Virus record (IMG/VR): IMGVR_UViG_3300032294_002823 | Reading direction: 5' to 3' (one strand) | Source: a virus | Length of the DNA: 64,000 nucleotides | Part shown: positions 17,145 to 27,080 of the stretch, one piece after another | Numbering within the stretch: position 1 is the first letter of the stretch | Layout: each line of letters opens with the position of its first letter | Made by a program: the position numbers and the translations under genes | The notes under the pieces: generated by a model | Told to the model about the DNA's origin: nothing | Seen by the model: only the letters and a program-made list of their open reading frames with translations | The model's database searches: none

Positions 17145-17744
17145 ATGAAAAATTTGATTTCACATCATCGTGTAATAGATTGGATGAATATTATCCGAGA
17201 AACACCTGATAATTATCGTATTCTAGAAAATTTCTGGGCAAGTCAACTGAATAGTAAGGCTTGGCTCGTTAATATATTGAATGCATATACAGATATACCA
17301 CCTGGCACTGTGTATATTTTTGGTGGATGGTATGGAATACTAGCACAAATGATTGTTGACAATTTTCAAGAGGTGAATGTCATCTCCATTGACAAGGATC
17401 CTGAGTGTGCTAGTCTAGGATCAAGATTATGTAACTATGATAGTAGAATTACATTTGTGTGCGATGACATGCAAACGTTTTCATCCTATGAGAAAACATC
17501 CTTGGTCATAAATACGTCTACTGAACATGTTACACAAGAAATTTTTAATGATTGGTTAAATAAAATCCCTGAATGTAGTTTAGTTGCTTTACAAGGCAAC
17601 AATTATTTTTCATGTCTAGAGCATGTTCGGTGTTTTTCTACACTACAAGAATTCACATCACATAATCCTCTTTCACGCACACTATTTTCAGGAAACTTAG
17701 ATTGTATACAGTTCACCCGATATATGAGTTTAGGATATAAATGA
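17145..17744 (+). CDS. Class I SAM-dependent methyltransferase
   Basis: YIFGGWYG, SIDKD, INTSTEH. Confidence 0.8.
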   Translation: MKNLISHHRVIDWMNIIRETPDNYRILENFWASQLNSKAWLVNILNAYTDIPPGTVYIFGGWYGILAQMIVDNFQEVNVISIDKDPECASLGSRLCNYDSRITFVCDDMQTFSSYEKTSLVINTSTEHVTQEIFNDWLNKIPECSLVALQGNNYFSCLEHVRCFSTLQEFTSHNPLSRTLFSGNLDCIQFTRYMSLGYK

Positions 17745-18721
17745 CCAACAAAGAATATAGAAAGTATGTACATGATATGTACATGAATAATTTTGTACGC
17801 CAAGGAAAAAAACCTAAAGCGTTACAAATATTTGGTGATAGTTTTGGGCATTTTAGTGGTGATGATACTTGGATAGGAGTGTTAGCAAAAAAATTTGACA
17901 TCCCTGTATTCAACTATGCATGGGCTGGCAGTAATTTATCTTTTACTCTGAGTCAATTTTATAAAAATTATGACAAAGAATGTTTAAATATTTTTTTAGT
18001 AACCGGAGAAGGACGAATTTCTGCAAAATCTGACCTTTTAAAGTCAGGAGAGTATTTAACAAAACAATTTATTCCTGATATATTTGCATGTGGTGCTGCA
18101 GGTGACGCAACTGACCATATTGTTCAGTTTGTAAATCATGCAAACTTACTTCCTGATAACATTAAGAAAGAATATAAAGATGCCATAGGTGGTTATTTTA
18201 AAATGTTATATGATCCTGTAATCGAGGCAATGATTTGGCGTCCAGTTCTAGAAAATTTATTTGTGCATTACGATAACACAGTATTTTTAAACTGTTTTAA
18301 TACTTTGAAGATACAGGAATATATAGGAAACGTTAGAAAAGAATTTCGTATTCCTAATTTATTAGAATGCGATTTATTTCAATTATCAACTGCTAAATCA
18401 TATTTTGAAGTTCCTACATCTAACACGTTGATTGCATTATCTGAAATATCATGCTCCTTTGACCGAGTTCATCAGGCTAAATGGAACAATATGAAAAATC
18501 ATTTTTCTGCAAAAATGAATAGTTTAATTGGTGAGCAATTGTACGCAATTTTCATATCCAATGAAAAAATTTTCATTACATATGATGATTGTTGTGATTT
18601 GTCTGAAAATGATTTACTTACAGATGGTATACCATGGCGCAACGAAGCTAACTTGCGTTTAAAAATTGCAAAAGATTACAACAACCCTAATATGAAAAAC
18701 GTTTTACCGGTGGGGCTATAA
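17741..18721 (+). CDS. SGNH/GDSL hydrolase-like protein
   Basis: IFGDSF, NYAWAGS, NHF. Confidence 0.65.
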   Translation: MTNKEYRKYVHDMYMNNFVRQGKKPKALQIFGDSFGHFSGDDTWIGVLAKKFDIPVFNYAWAGSNLSFTLSQFYKNYDKECLNIFLVTGEGRISAKSDLLKSGEYLTKQFIPDIFACGAAGDATDHIVQFVNHANLLPDNIKKEYKDAIGGYFKMLYDPVIEAMIWRPVLENLFVHYDNTVFLNCFNTLKIQEYIGNVRKEFRIPNLLECDLFQLSTAKSYFEVPTSNTLIALSEISCSFDRVHQAKWNNMKNHFSAKMNSLIGEQLYAIFISNEKIFITYDDCCDLSENDLLTDGIPWRNEANLRLKIAKDYNNPNMKNVLPVGL

Positions 18722-19884
18722 TGAAAAATTTTTGCGCTGAACCTTGGAAGCAGTTGTTTATTGGTCCGGATAGTAAGGTTAAGACCTGCTGTTCAGGAAG
18801 AGATCCTATAGGAGACCTTCAAGAGAATAATTTATCAGAAATTATTCAAGGTGAAAAGCTTAGAGAAATAAAACTGTCCATTTTAGAGGATAAACAACAT
18901 TCTAATTGTGGACTTTGTTATGAACTAGAAGCTAATGGAGCCTTCACTGCATCTCAAAGAAATAGAACAAAGGATGACTATCTTACCAACTTAGATTTCT
19001 ATAAAAATAACATTGATTATCATACCCCGGAAATTTTAGATATCAGATGGGATAATACATGTAATTTGGCATGTAATTATTGTATGCCATATTTTAGTTC
19101 AGTGTGGGCTTCAATTAAAAAGGAAACTCAGGTTGCTCCTAGAACAAATGATGGGGTATTAGAATATGCCATATCAAAGAAGGATGAAATACAGAGCTTG
19201 TATCTTTTAGGAGGAGAACCTTTCTTACAAAAAAGAAATCTTTCGCTATTAGAAAATATATCCGAAAAAATTCATCCTGTAGTTGTAACAAATTTAAGTG
19301 TTCCTCTAGGTACAAATAAAATATATGAAGTGTTATCATCTAAATTTAAAAGAGTGTCTTTTAATCTAAGTTTTGATACTATCGGTGATAGATTTGAATA
19401 CGTTAGACATGGTGCCTCATGGTCTGTATTTCTTGATAACTTAGAAATTATTAAAAAAGATTTTAACGAACATCCCATGGCGCGCCCTTTATATTGTATC
19501 TACTCTGCATTCAATATTGAAGAATATTACGATTTTTGTGTAGCGAATGATTTAACAATTCTTTGGCAAAAAATGGAGCATCCCAGAGAACTTAACGTAA
19601 ATTTATTGCCCGCAGAATTGAAACAAAAAGCCATACAAGAGATTGACAATGTAGTAAAGAAATTTAGTAAATATGATAAGAATATAAATTGTGGTCACTT
19701 ACAACATTTAGACCTCGATAATCTAAAAAGTATAGGTGATAGCTTGAAAGAAAATACAACACATAATGCACATGATGTGTTGGAATATCACAAAACTTTA
19801 GAAAACGTTTATCATAATAAAAAACATACATTACAAGATTTGTGGCCTGAAGTTTACAATGAACTAATAAAATATACGGTATGA
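18721..19884 (+). CDS. Radical SAM protein with N-terminal Twitch/SPASM-like Cys domain
   Basis: CAEPW..TCC..CGLC; CNLACNYC; GGEPF. Confidence 0.9.
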   Translation: MKNFCAEPWKQLFIGPDSKVKTCCSGRDPIGDLQENNLSEIIQGEKLREIKLSILEDKQHSNCGLCYELEANGAFTASQRNRTKDDYLTNLDFYKNNIDYHTPEILDIRWDNTCNLACNYCMPYFSSVWASIKKETQVAPRTNDGVLEYAISKKDEIQSLYLLGGEPFLQKRNLSLLENISEKIHPVVVTNLSVPLGTNKIYEVLSSKFKRVSFNLSFDTIGDRFEYVRHGASWSVFLDNLEIIKKDFNEHPMARPLYCIYSAFNIEEYYDFCVANDLTILWQKMEHPRELNVNLLPAELKQKAIQEIDNVVKKFSKYDKNINCGHLQHLDLDNLKSIGDSLKENTTHNAHDVLEYHKTLENVYHNKKHTLQDLWPEVYNELIKYTV

Positions 19885-21401
19885 CATCTGAATATGGTGA
19901 CCGCGCTCAGTTAATGCGCGAAAAATTAAATAGTACTAGCCCGTCATTATGCTTGGCAAAATGGCTTCAAGTAAGTCTACATTTACCACAGGGAAGAACG
20001 CAAAGTTGCTATCATCCCCCAACACATTCCATTCCAGTAGAACTGTTAAAAAAGAATCCCGGTACACTTCATAATACACCCACGAAAATTGCTGAACGTG
20101 AACAAATGATGAACGGTGAGCGTCCAGAAGGATGCTCATATTGTTGGAAAATTGAGGATGCAAAAAGTGATGATCCCAAGGGGCATATGAGTGACCGCCA
20201 CTATCGTAGTAGTGAATGGTGGGCAGCACCCGCCTTTGACGAAATTGTTGCTGATGGCAGTAAATGGTCAGGTGCGCCGCGATATGTTGAGGTAAATTTC
20301 AATCAAGCGTGTAATTTTAAATGTATGTATTGTAGTCCACATCTGAGTACCACATGGCAAGAGGACATTGAAACTCATGGACCGTTTACATTACATGACC
20401 ATGTACACAATGACATCTCAGCCTTGGAACAAAATGGCATGATGCCTTTAAAAATTTCTTCTAAAGAAAATCCTTATGTGCAGGCATTCTGGGAATGGTG
20501 GCCTGAGATATACAGAAAGTTGCGTGTTTTCCGTATGACTGGCGGCGAACCTTTAATGGATAAAAACACTTTCAAAATTCTTGATTATGTGAATGAAAAT
20601 CCTCATGGTCAACTTGAGCTAAGTATCACTAGTAATTTTTGCCCCCCTGACCAAAAATTATTCGAAACATTTTTAGATAAGGTAAAGAAGTTAGAAGAAA
20701 TTCGTGTGTGGGATGATCCCGAGAATTTCAATGAAAATTCAGGAAATTATGCCTACGTTGCCCCCGCCTACAAACACTTCATGCTATTCATTAGCCTTGA
20801 TGGTGTAGGGGAGCAGGCAGAATACATGCGCGATGGATTAAATTATGAAAGATTACTTGAAAATGTTCGCACATTCCTTCGTGAAACTCATCATACAAGT
20901 GTTAGTTTTATAAACACGTTTAATCTACTTAGTATTCCTAGCCTTCAAAAATTCATGGAGCTAATATTAGAGCTTCGAAAAGAATTTGGAGGAAAAAATC
21001 AAAAACGTATATTGTTTACTCCTCCCCCATCGCATAATATAATTCATCCTCCATATGAATTGAAAAAATTTCAGAGAGTGTGGTTTGATATTCCTTTGTT
21101 ACGCTATCCCAATTGGTTCAGTGTTCAAAATGCTCAACCAAAGGAACTTGAAGAAGTAAAGAAGGTGTTGGCGTTTATGGAAGAACATGTTCAAGATGAA
21201 AATTATGCCGATACCTTCGAAGGATTTAAGCCTTATGAAATCCTTAAATTGAAACGTGATATTGCTGTGATGGAAGAGGGGCTAAATAGTTTTCAGATAG
21301 ACTTGAATCGTAAAAATTTACAAAAGTTTATTGTACAATATGATGCTCGTAGAAACAAATCTTTCATCAATACATTCCCAACGCTGGTCGAATATGTCTG
21401 A
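19881..21401 (+). CDS. Radical SAM protein with N-terminal Cys domain
   Basis: CLAKW, CSYCW; CNFKCMYC; TGGEP. Confidence 0.9.
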   Translation: MTSEYGDRAQLMREKLNSTSPSLCLAKWLQVSLHLPQGRTQSCYHPPTHSIPVELLKKNPGTLHNTPTKIAEREQMMNGERPEGCSYCWKIEDAKSDDPKGHMSDRHYRSSEWWAAPAFDEIVADGSKWSGAPRYVEVNFNQACNFKCMYCSPHLSTTWQEDIETHGPFTLHDHVHNDISALEQNGMMPLKISSKENPYVQAFWEWWPEIYRKLRVFRMTGGEPLMDKNTFKILDYVNENPHGQLELSITSNFCPPDQKLFETFLDKVKKLEEIRVWDDPENFNENSGNYAYVAPAYKHFMLFISLDGVGEQAEYMRDGLNYERLLENVRTFLRETHHTSVSFINTFNLLSIPSLQKFMELILELRKEFGGKNQKRILFTPPPSHNIIHPPYELKKFQRVWFDIPLLRYPNWFSVQNAQPKELEEVKKVLAFMEEHVQDENYADTFEGFKPYEILKLKRDIAVMEEGLNSFQIDLNRKNLQKFIVQYDARRNKSFINTFPTLVEYV

Positions 21402-22281
21402 AAAATTTCTTTATTTTACCGGGGATAGTTTCACGGCAGGATCAGAACTTGCTGATGATTATTTTGTAGAATGGCCTGGATTACTAGACTATGAAGACCG
21501 TATGTATAGAAATCCAGAAAATATTGAAAAATGGTTAAAAAGTGTATCTAATTTAGTAGACTGTTTACCTGAGGACGAATTTAAAAAATTTGATGCCATA
21601 GAAAAACAAAGAGTCTGGGCTAATATTGTATCCCGTGAATTGGGCGTAAAGCATTTCAATGGAGCATCAGGTGGTTCTTCCTTAGAGGCCATGTTACATA
21701 GAAGTGTAATTCATTTCAAAGAACTAGAAAAACAGAATATTTTTCCTTCTCTTGCTGTTGTGCAACTAACGGATGTATTTCGAATTGGTGGGTTCTATGA
21801 CACCATAAATATGTCAAGAAGATTTCGCGGTAGTTTCAGAAATAAGTTCGACGTATCGTATATGCTAAATACTTTTGCTGTTAATATGAAAGCGGCTCAA
21901 TTTTATATAGGATCTGAAGGTAATTTTGGTATATGGATACGTTATCTTAACACATTATCGTTGATTAATAATTTCTTTTTAGCTAAAACAGGAAAACTTC
22001 CTATTTTTGTTGATGTATACTTACAAACTATGCGAGGGGAAGAACTTAACGAGCTAATAAAGAATGCAGGTGATAATAAAGATTTTCAAAATCTTTTAGA
22101 GGAATCAAGGATTTTGACGCTTCAGGACACAGAGTTAGATATGTCAAAATTCCAACGAGAGTTAAACAAAAACGAAGAAAATCATAAATTGAAATTGTGG
22201 TCACCTGGAGGGCATTTCAGTCCTCTGTTTAATGAAATGTTTGGTATACATGCAGCTAAAATTATTGGAGAACATCTATGA
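21394..22281 (+). CDS. SGNH/GDSL hydrolase-like protein
   Basis: FTGDSFTAG, NGASGGSS, GGHF. Confidence 0.7.
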   Translation: MSEKFLYFTGDSFTAGSELADDYFVEWPGLLDYEDRMYRNPENIEKWLKSVSNLVDCLPEDEFKKFDAIEKQRVWANIVSRELGVKHFNGASGGSSLEAMLHRSVIHFKELEKQNIFPSLAVVQLTDVFRIGGFYDTINMSRRFRGSFRNKFDVSYMLNTFAVNMKAAQFYIGSEGNFGIWIRYLNTLSLINNFFLAKTGKLPIFVDVYLQTMRGEELNELIKNAGDNKDFQNLLEESRILTLQDTELDMSKFQRELNKNEENHKLKLWSPGGHFSPLFNEMFGIHAAKIIGEHL

Positions 22282-23696
22282 GTAGAGTTGAATTTATTAA
22301 AAAAACCCGTGATAAGTTAAATGCCGTAAGTCCTAGCCTATGTGCGATGAAATGGTTGCACGAAACCTTGTACTTGCATACAGGTGATAATCATAGCTGT
22401 TATCATCCTCGTCCGCAGCATATCCCTCTACATGAGATTGAGGCTAATCCTGCCGCCCTCCATAACACCCAGTGGAAAAAAGAACGTCGAAAAGAAATGT
22501 TATCGGGTGTGCGTCCAGAAGAATGTTACTATTGTTGGAATGTAGAAAATCTCGGTCCTGATTATATCAGTGATAGAATGATTCATAGCTCTAGCGATTT
22601 CGCCGAACCTTTGATTGAAAAATTAGGACAAACACCATGGGACGCTGATGTCAATCCGCGTTATCTTGAATTGAGCTTCGGTAATGCCTGTAATTTTAAG
22701 TGTGGCTATTGCTGCCCACAGGCATCTACTTCATGGATGGATGAAATTAAAAAACATGGCAATTATGATTTGACATATAATCAATATGGTGTTGAGTTTT
22801 TACAAAGACAGCTCCCTGATGGTCATGGCAAAAGTTATTATTCACCACGCGAAGAAAATCCATATGTAGACGCATTTTGGAAATGGTGGCCGAGTTTGCG
22901 TAAGGACCTACACACACTTCGGTTGACAGGTGGAGAACCTTTGATGAATCCTCCCACCTATCGCTTTTTAGATATTCTTGACCAAGAACCCTCACCGGGA
23001 TTAAATTTGTCTATGAATTCTAACATGGGTATTAGTTTTGAAAAATTTGATACAGCCATTGACAAAATACGTAAGTTGCTGGATGAAAAGAAAATCAAGA
23101 GTTTCACCCTATTCACTTCAATAGATAGTTGGGGACCAAAGGCAGAATATATGCGCGGAGGACTAGACTGTGCGCATTGGGAACGCAATCTACGATATTA
23201 TCTGCACATGTTCCCACACGCCACAATCAATTTCATGTGTACATTCAATGTATTATGTGTCACTAACTTCCAGTTGTTGTTTGAAAAAATCATTGAGTGG
23301 AGAAAAGAATTTGGTGCAGGTAGAATTTCTTTTGACACGCCATACTTGAAAGAACCTCCACATTGGATGATTAACATTCTTCCTGAATCCTTTCATAAGT
23401 ATATGGATGATAACATGAAGTTCTTACAAGATAATCAAGAGTGGTTCACTGATGTTGAAATTGAAAAGTGGAAGCGCGTTACCGACTACATGAAAACACC
23501 ATTAAATACATCTGCACATCCTCACTTAACCGATGATTTGATTCGTCGTGGTCGCCGGGATTTCTGGGTGTTCTTTAATGAATATGATGCTCGTCGTGGA
23601 TTAAATTTCGATGAAACATTCCCCGAGTACGTAGAATTTAAAAATTTCTGTAAAACAATTTACGAAGAATACGAAAATGATAAACGAGCACAATAA
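22278..23696 (+). CDS. Radical SAM protein (paralog of 19881..21401)
   Basis: CAMKW, CYYCW; CNFKCGYC; TGGEP. Confidence 0.9.
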   Translation: MSRVEFIKKTRDKLNAVSPSLCAMKWLHETLYLHTGDNHSCYHPRPQHIPLHEIEANPAALHNTQWKKERRKEMLSGVRPEECYYCWNVENLGPDYISDRMIHSSSDFAEPLIEKLGQTPWDADVNPRYLELSFGNACNFKCGYCCPQASTSWMDEIKKHGNYDLTYNQYGVEFLQRQLPDGHGKSYYSPREENPYVDAFWKWWPSLRKDLHTLRLTGGEPLMNPPTYRFLDILDQEPSPGLNLSMNSNMGISFEKFDTAIDKIRKLLDEKKIKSFTLFTSIDSWGPKAEYMRGGLDCAHWERNLRYYLHMFPHATINFMCTFNVLCVTNFQLLFEKIIEWRKEFGAGRISFDTPYLKEPPHWMINILPESFHKYMDDNMKFLQDNQEWFTDVEIEKWKRVTDYMKTPLNTSAHPHLTDDLIRRGRRDFWVFFNEYDARRGLNFDETFPEYVEFKNFCKTIYEEYENDKRAQ

Positions 23697-24906
23697 GAAC
23701 ACCTGGTGTGTTAATGCTGAACATAGTTTAAGTGTTGGCAATGATGGCGGCGCAAAAATTTGCTGTATGATTGAACATGACTTAACTAACGAGGGTGTTC
23801 CTTTTAACGTAGCAAAAAATTCGTTGGATGAAATTTTTAATTGCTCGACCGCATCTAAAATACGAACAAGCCTTCGTGAAGGCATTCGTCATGAACAATG
23901 CAGAAAGTGTTGGGAGGAAGAAGATGCAGGGAGAAGTAGTAAAAGATTGCGTGATAATCAAGATTCGTATAGAAAATTTAACGGATCCGGATTAAAAATA
24001 TTGGAAATGAATCTAGGAACAACATGCAACATTAAATGTAGAACATGTAGTCCCTGGAGTAGTAGTCAATGGATTCGTGAATGGTATGAACAGAAAGTAA
24101 AGGCAAGCGGTAAATCTTGGGAAGTATATTTAAAGGAACAAACAAAATTTGGAAGTTCATATGACGCAGAATCATTATTTTGGGATAGTGTGCATACTGT
24201 TCTACCAAATTTAGAACTAATGGATTTTTATGGAGGAGAACCTTTCCTCAGTAAAAAACAGTGGGAATTGATTAAGACAAGTGCAGAGAAGGGATACTCA
24301 AAAAATCAAAAGCTACATTATAATACCAATTGCACAATCTGGCCAGAAGAACATCTTGATTATCTTAATCAATTTAAACTCTTGGACATCGCCTTCAGTA
24401 TTGATGGTGTAGGAGAACGAGGAGAATATGTTCGTTATCCTGCTCAATGGGATGTTGTTCAACAAAATGTAGATAGATGGCTACAATGGGCAGCGAACAA
24501 ACCTAATGTTCAATTAAATGTCTGTTATACAATTAGTCCTCTAAATGTCTATTATATGAACGAAATGATAGAATGGGTAGAACAAAAGAAAAAAGAATAT
24601 GGAGAACATAAATTTGGTCTCTACTTAAATCTTGTTCATTATCCTGTCTATTATAATATACAGTTTATTCCCGATTACTATAAGAAGGCAGTCACAGAAA
24701 AACATAAATCACTGTTAAATACAAATCAGTATCTAGAAGGTATAATACAATTCATGAACAATGGTGTATATAATGAAAATCATTGGAAAGATTTCATTAA
24801 ACATACAAAAATGTCTGATGATTTTAGAAAACAAGATTTTAAAAAGGTGTTCCCTGAGGTATTTTCTATAATGGAGGAAAATGATGTCCTATCAATGGAA
24901 CTATGA
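23677..24906 (+). CDS. Radical SAM protein with N-terminal Twitch/SPASM-like domain
   Basis: ICC, CRKCW; CNIKCRTC; YGGEPF. Confidence 0.9.
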   Translation: MINEHNKNTWCVNAEHSLSVGNDGGAKICCMIEHDLTNEGVPFNVAKNSLDEIFNCSTASKIRTSLREGIRHEQCRKCWEEEDAGRSSKRLRDNQDSYRKFNGSGLKILEMNLGTTCNIKCRTCSPWSSSQWIREWYEQKVKASGKSWEVYLKEQTKFGSSYDAESLFWDSVHTVLPNLELMDFYGGEPFLSKKQWELIKTSAEKGYSKNQKLHYNTNCTIWPEEHLDYLNQFKLLDIAFSIDGVGERGEYVRYPAQWDVVQQNVDRWLQWAANKPNVQLNVCYTISPLNVYYMNEMIEWVEQKKKEYGEHKFGLYLNLVHYPVYYNIQFIPDYYKKAVTEKHKSLLNTNQYLEGIIQFMNNGVYNENHWKDFIKHTKMSDDFRKQDFKKVFPEVFSIMEENDVLSMEL

Positions 24907-26197
24907 TACAATTAATCAAGTACACATAGAACTTTCCACGTACTGTAATGCCGCCTGCCCAATGTGTCCTCGACATGTGGTTGGTCCTGACCAAAGCGCC
25001 CTTCCCATTGTTCGACCTGAATTAGTATTAGAATCCATTACATATGAAAATTTTATAAAATGGTTTCCTGAAGATTTTGCAAAGAAAGTTAACATGTGGG
25101 TATTGTGTGGTACTCATGGTGATCCTATGATGAACAAGGATATTTTAAAAATTGTTCGGTACATTTGCGAAACCGGCGGTTCTATTTGGGCAAATACCAA
25201 TGGCGGTATGCGAGACAAGGAGTTTTGGAAAGAGCTTGCTGAAATTACTCAGATAAACAAAAAACCATATTCAGAAAGATTAGTAATTTTTTCTATGGAT
25301 GGGTTATGGGACACCAATCATTTATATCGTAGAAATGTTCCGTTTGAAAAAGCTGTAGGTAACGCCAAGGCATACATTGACGCCGGGGGCGCTGCATCTT
25401 GGGATTATTTAATCTTTAAGCATAATGAGCATCAAATTGATGAAGCCGAAAAATTATCTAAGGAATTAGGTTTCAGATATTTTGTTCCTAAGAAAGCTTT
25501 AGGATTTGATCCTCCAACCAATAGAACAGATGGGTTGATAGCTAAGACGGTGAGAAACAAAGATGGCAGTTTTGCCTATATGCTAGAACCTCCAACTGAA
25601 GGCATGAACGTTAATCACAATAAGGATCTTGTAAAAATTGAAAAACGTAACCCAGAAAATTTTTGTTTTAACGTAGATGAGTTCATGGAAAATAGGAATA
25701 CAAAAAAAGATTACGAACATTCTAGAAAAAAATATTTGGAAATCTTAGATAGTAATTATGAACCAACGGAAGCAGAAAAATCAACAAATATAGTTTGCAA
25801 GAGTCACGTGGCATGCAAACAAGATTATCAACAGCATGAAATTTATGTGGATGCATATGGTAATGTATTTCCTTGTTGTTATGTTGGTACAAATTTTTCC
25901 GCCAATTTCAATATACCTACTAATTATCAACTAACATCAGAAATTGTGAATTTTGGCTTAGAAAAAATTTCCTTGAAAAACCATTCACTAAAGGAAATTA
26001 TAGAAAGTGGATATTTACAGCACACGTTTGAGGACAAGTGGGGTAAATCCTGGCCTCAAGGTATGTTATTTTGTAATGAGACATGCGGAGAAAAAAGTTT
26101 AATTGATAAAATTTTTACACATGAGAAAGATAATAGACCGGATGAATTTAAAACACATCAGTCTGTTAGTAAGAAACGTATGAGTCAAAATGTTTAA
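24881..26197 (+). CDS. Radical SAM protein with C-terminal SPASM-like domain
   Basis: CNAACPMC; GTHGDP; YVDAYGNVFPCC...CNETC. Confidence 0.9.
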   Translation: MMSYQWNYDTINQVHIELSTYCNAACPMCPRHVVGPDQSALPIVRPELVLESITYENFIKWFPEDFAKKVNMWVLCGTHGDPMMNKDILKIVRYICETGGSIWANTNGGMRDKEFWKELAEITQINKKPYSERLVIFSMDGLWDTNHLYRRNVPFEKAVGNAKAYIDAGGAASWDYLIFKHNEHQIDEAEKLSKELGFRYFVPKKALGFDPPTNRTDGLIAKTVRNKDGSFAYMLEPPTEGMNVNHNKDLVKIEKRNPENFCFNVDEFMENRNTKKDYEHSRKKYLEILDSNYEPTEAEKSTNIVCKSHVACKQDYQQHEIYVDAYGNVFPCCYVGTNFSANFNIPTNYQLTSEIVNFGLEKISLKNHSLKEIIESGYLQHTFEDKWGKSWPQGMLFCNETCGEKSLIDKIFTHEKDNRPDEFKTHQSVSKKRMSQNV

Positions 26198-27080
26198 GAA
26201 TATTAAAAATTTTCCCCCTAAAGATATAGTTGGATATCGTGATATTGCCTGGTCAGAACCTAAGCGATATAAACCCGGTCACGAAGAAGCCGTTAAAAAT
26301 TTACGTACATATGAAGATGGTGATGTATTAGTTGAATATAATGCATTAGGATTTCGCGGACCCGACATCACACAATACCCTGACAAGAAAAAAATTGTGT
26401 GTATTGGATGTTCCATGACGGAAGGTGAAGGCGTAAAATATGAACACACGTGGCCAGCACAATTTCAAGAAAGAATCAAAGAGAAGTTAGATATAGATAT
26501 TCCGGTGTTTAATTTAGGACGAAGAAGTTTAGGTACCGCGTCATTTTTTCGTGTGTTGCTTAGTTTAGTTGAGGGAAGAAAAATTAAACCGGATGTTGTA
26601 ATTGTTCTCTTTCCTGAATTTGAACGCCACGAATTGGTGTATGGGGAATGGGATATATTTTTTCGGACCTTTACGGATTTTGAAGATCCTAATGATATTC
26701 GGAAACGCCTATCACATAAGTGGTTCGAGGCCGTGGATTCTTCAACTGCATTTTATCTATGGCTTCAGCAGTATTTTTTAATTAAATATTTTCTGAAGTC
26801 CCATGGCATCATGACGGTTCTTACCTCATGGTCATCCGAATGTCAGAGTTTTCTGAGAGATTTTGATGATGAATATAACGATAGTGGCTATATAGAATGG
26901 GATGCTAAAGATGTCAGTAATGAATTCTATGGTATAGATATCGCTATAGACCATTTACATCCCGGTCCCAAAGGATATAAATTATTTGTAGACAACTTAG
27001 AAAATACATTGTTCACAAACGAACATTTTTTACGAGCAATAACACATGATAATCTGGGGAATTTCAGCCAACAGCCATGA
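26190..27080 (+). CDS. SGNH/GDSL hydrolase-like protein
   Basis: IGCSMTEG, FNLG, DHLHPG. Confidence 0.75.
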   Translation: MFKNIKNFPPKDIVGYRDIAWSEPKRYKPGHEEAVKNLRTYEDGDVLVEYNALGFRGPDITQYPDKKKIVCIGCSMTEGEGVKYEHTWPAQFQERIKEKLDIDIPVFNLGRRSLGTASFFRVLLSLVEGRKIKPDVVIVLFPEFERHELVYGEWDIFFRTFTDFEDPNDIRKRLSHKWFEAVDSSTAFYLWLQQYFLIKYFLKSHGIMTVLTSWSSECQSFLRDFDDEYNDSGYIEWDAKDVSNEFYGIDIAIDHLHPGPKGYKLFVDNLENTLFTNEHFLRAITHDNLGNFSQQP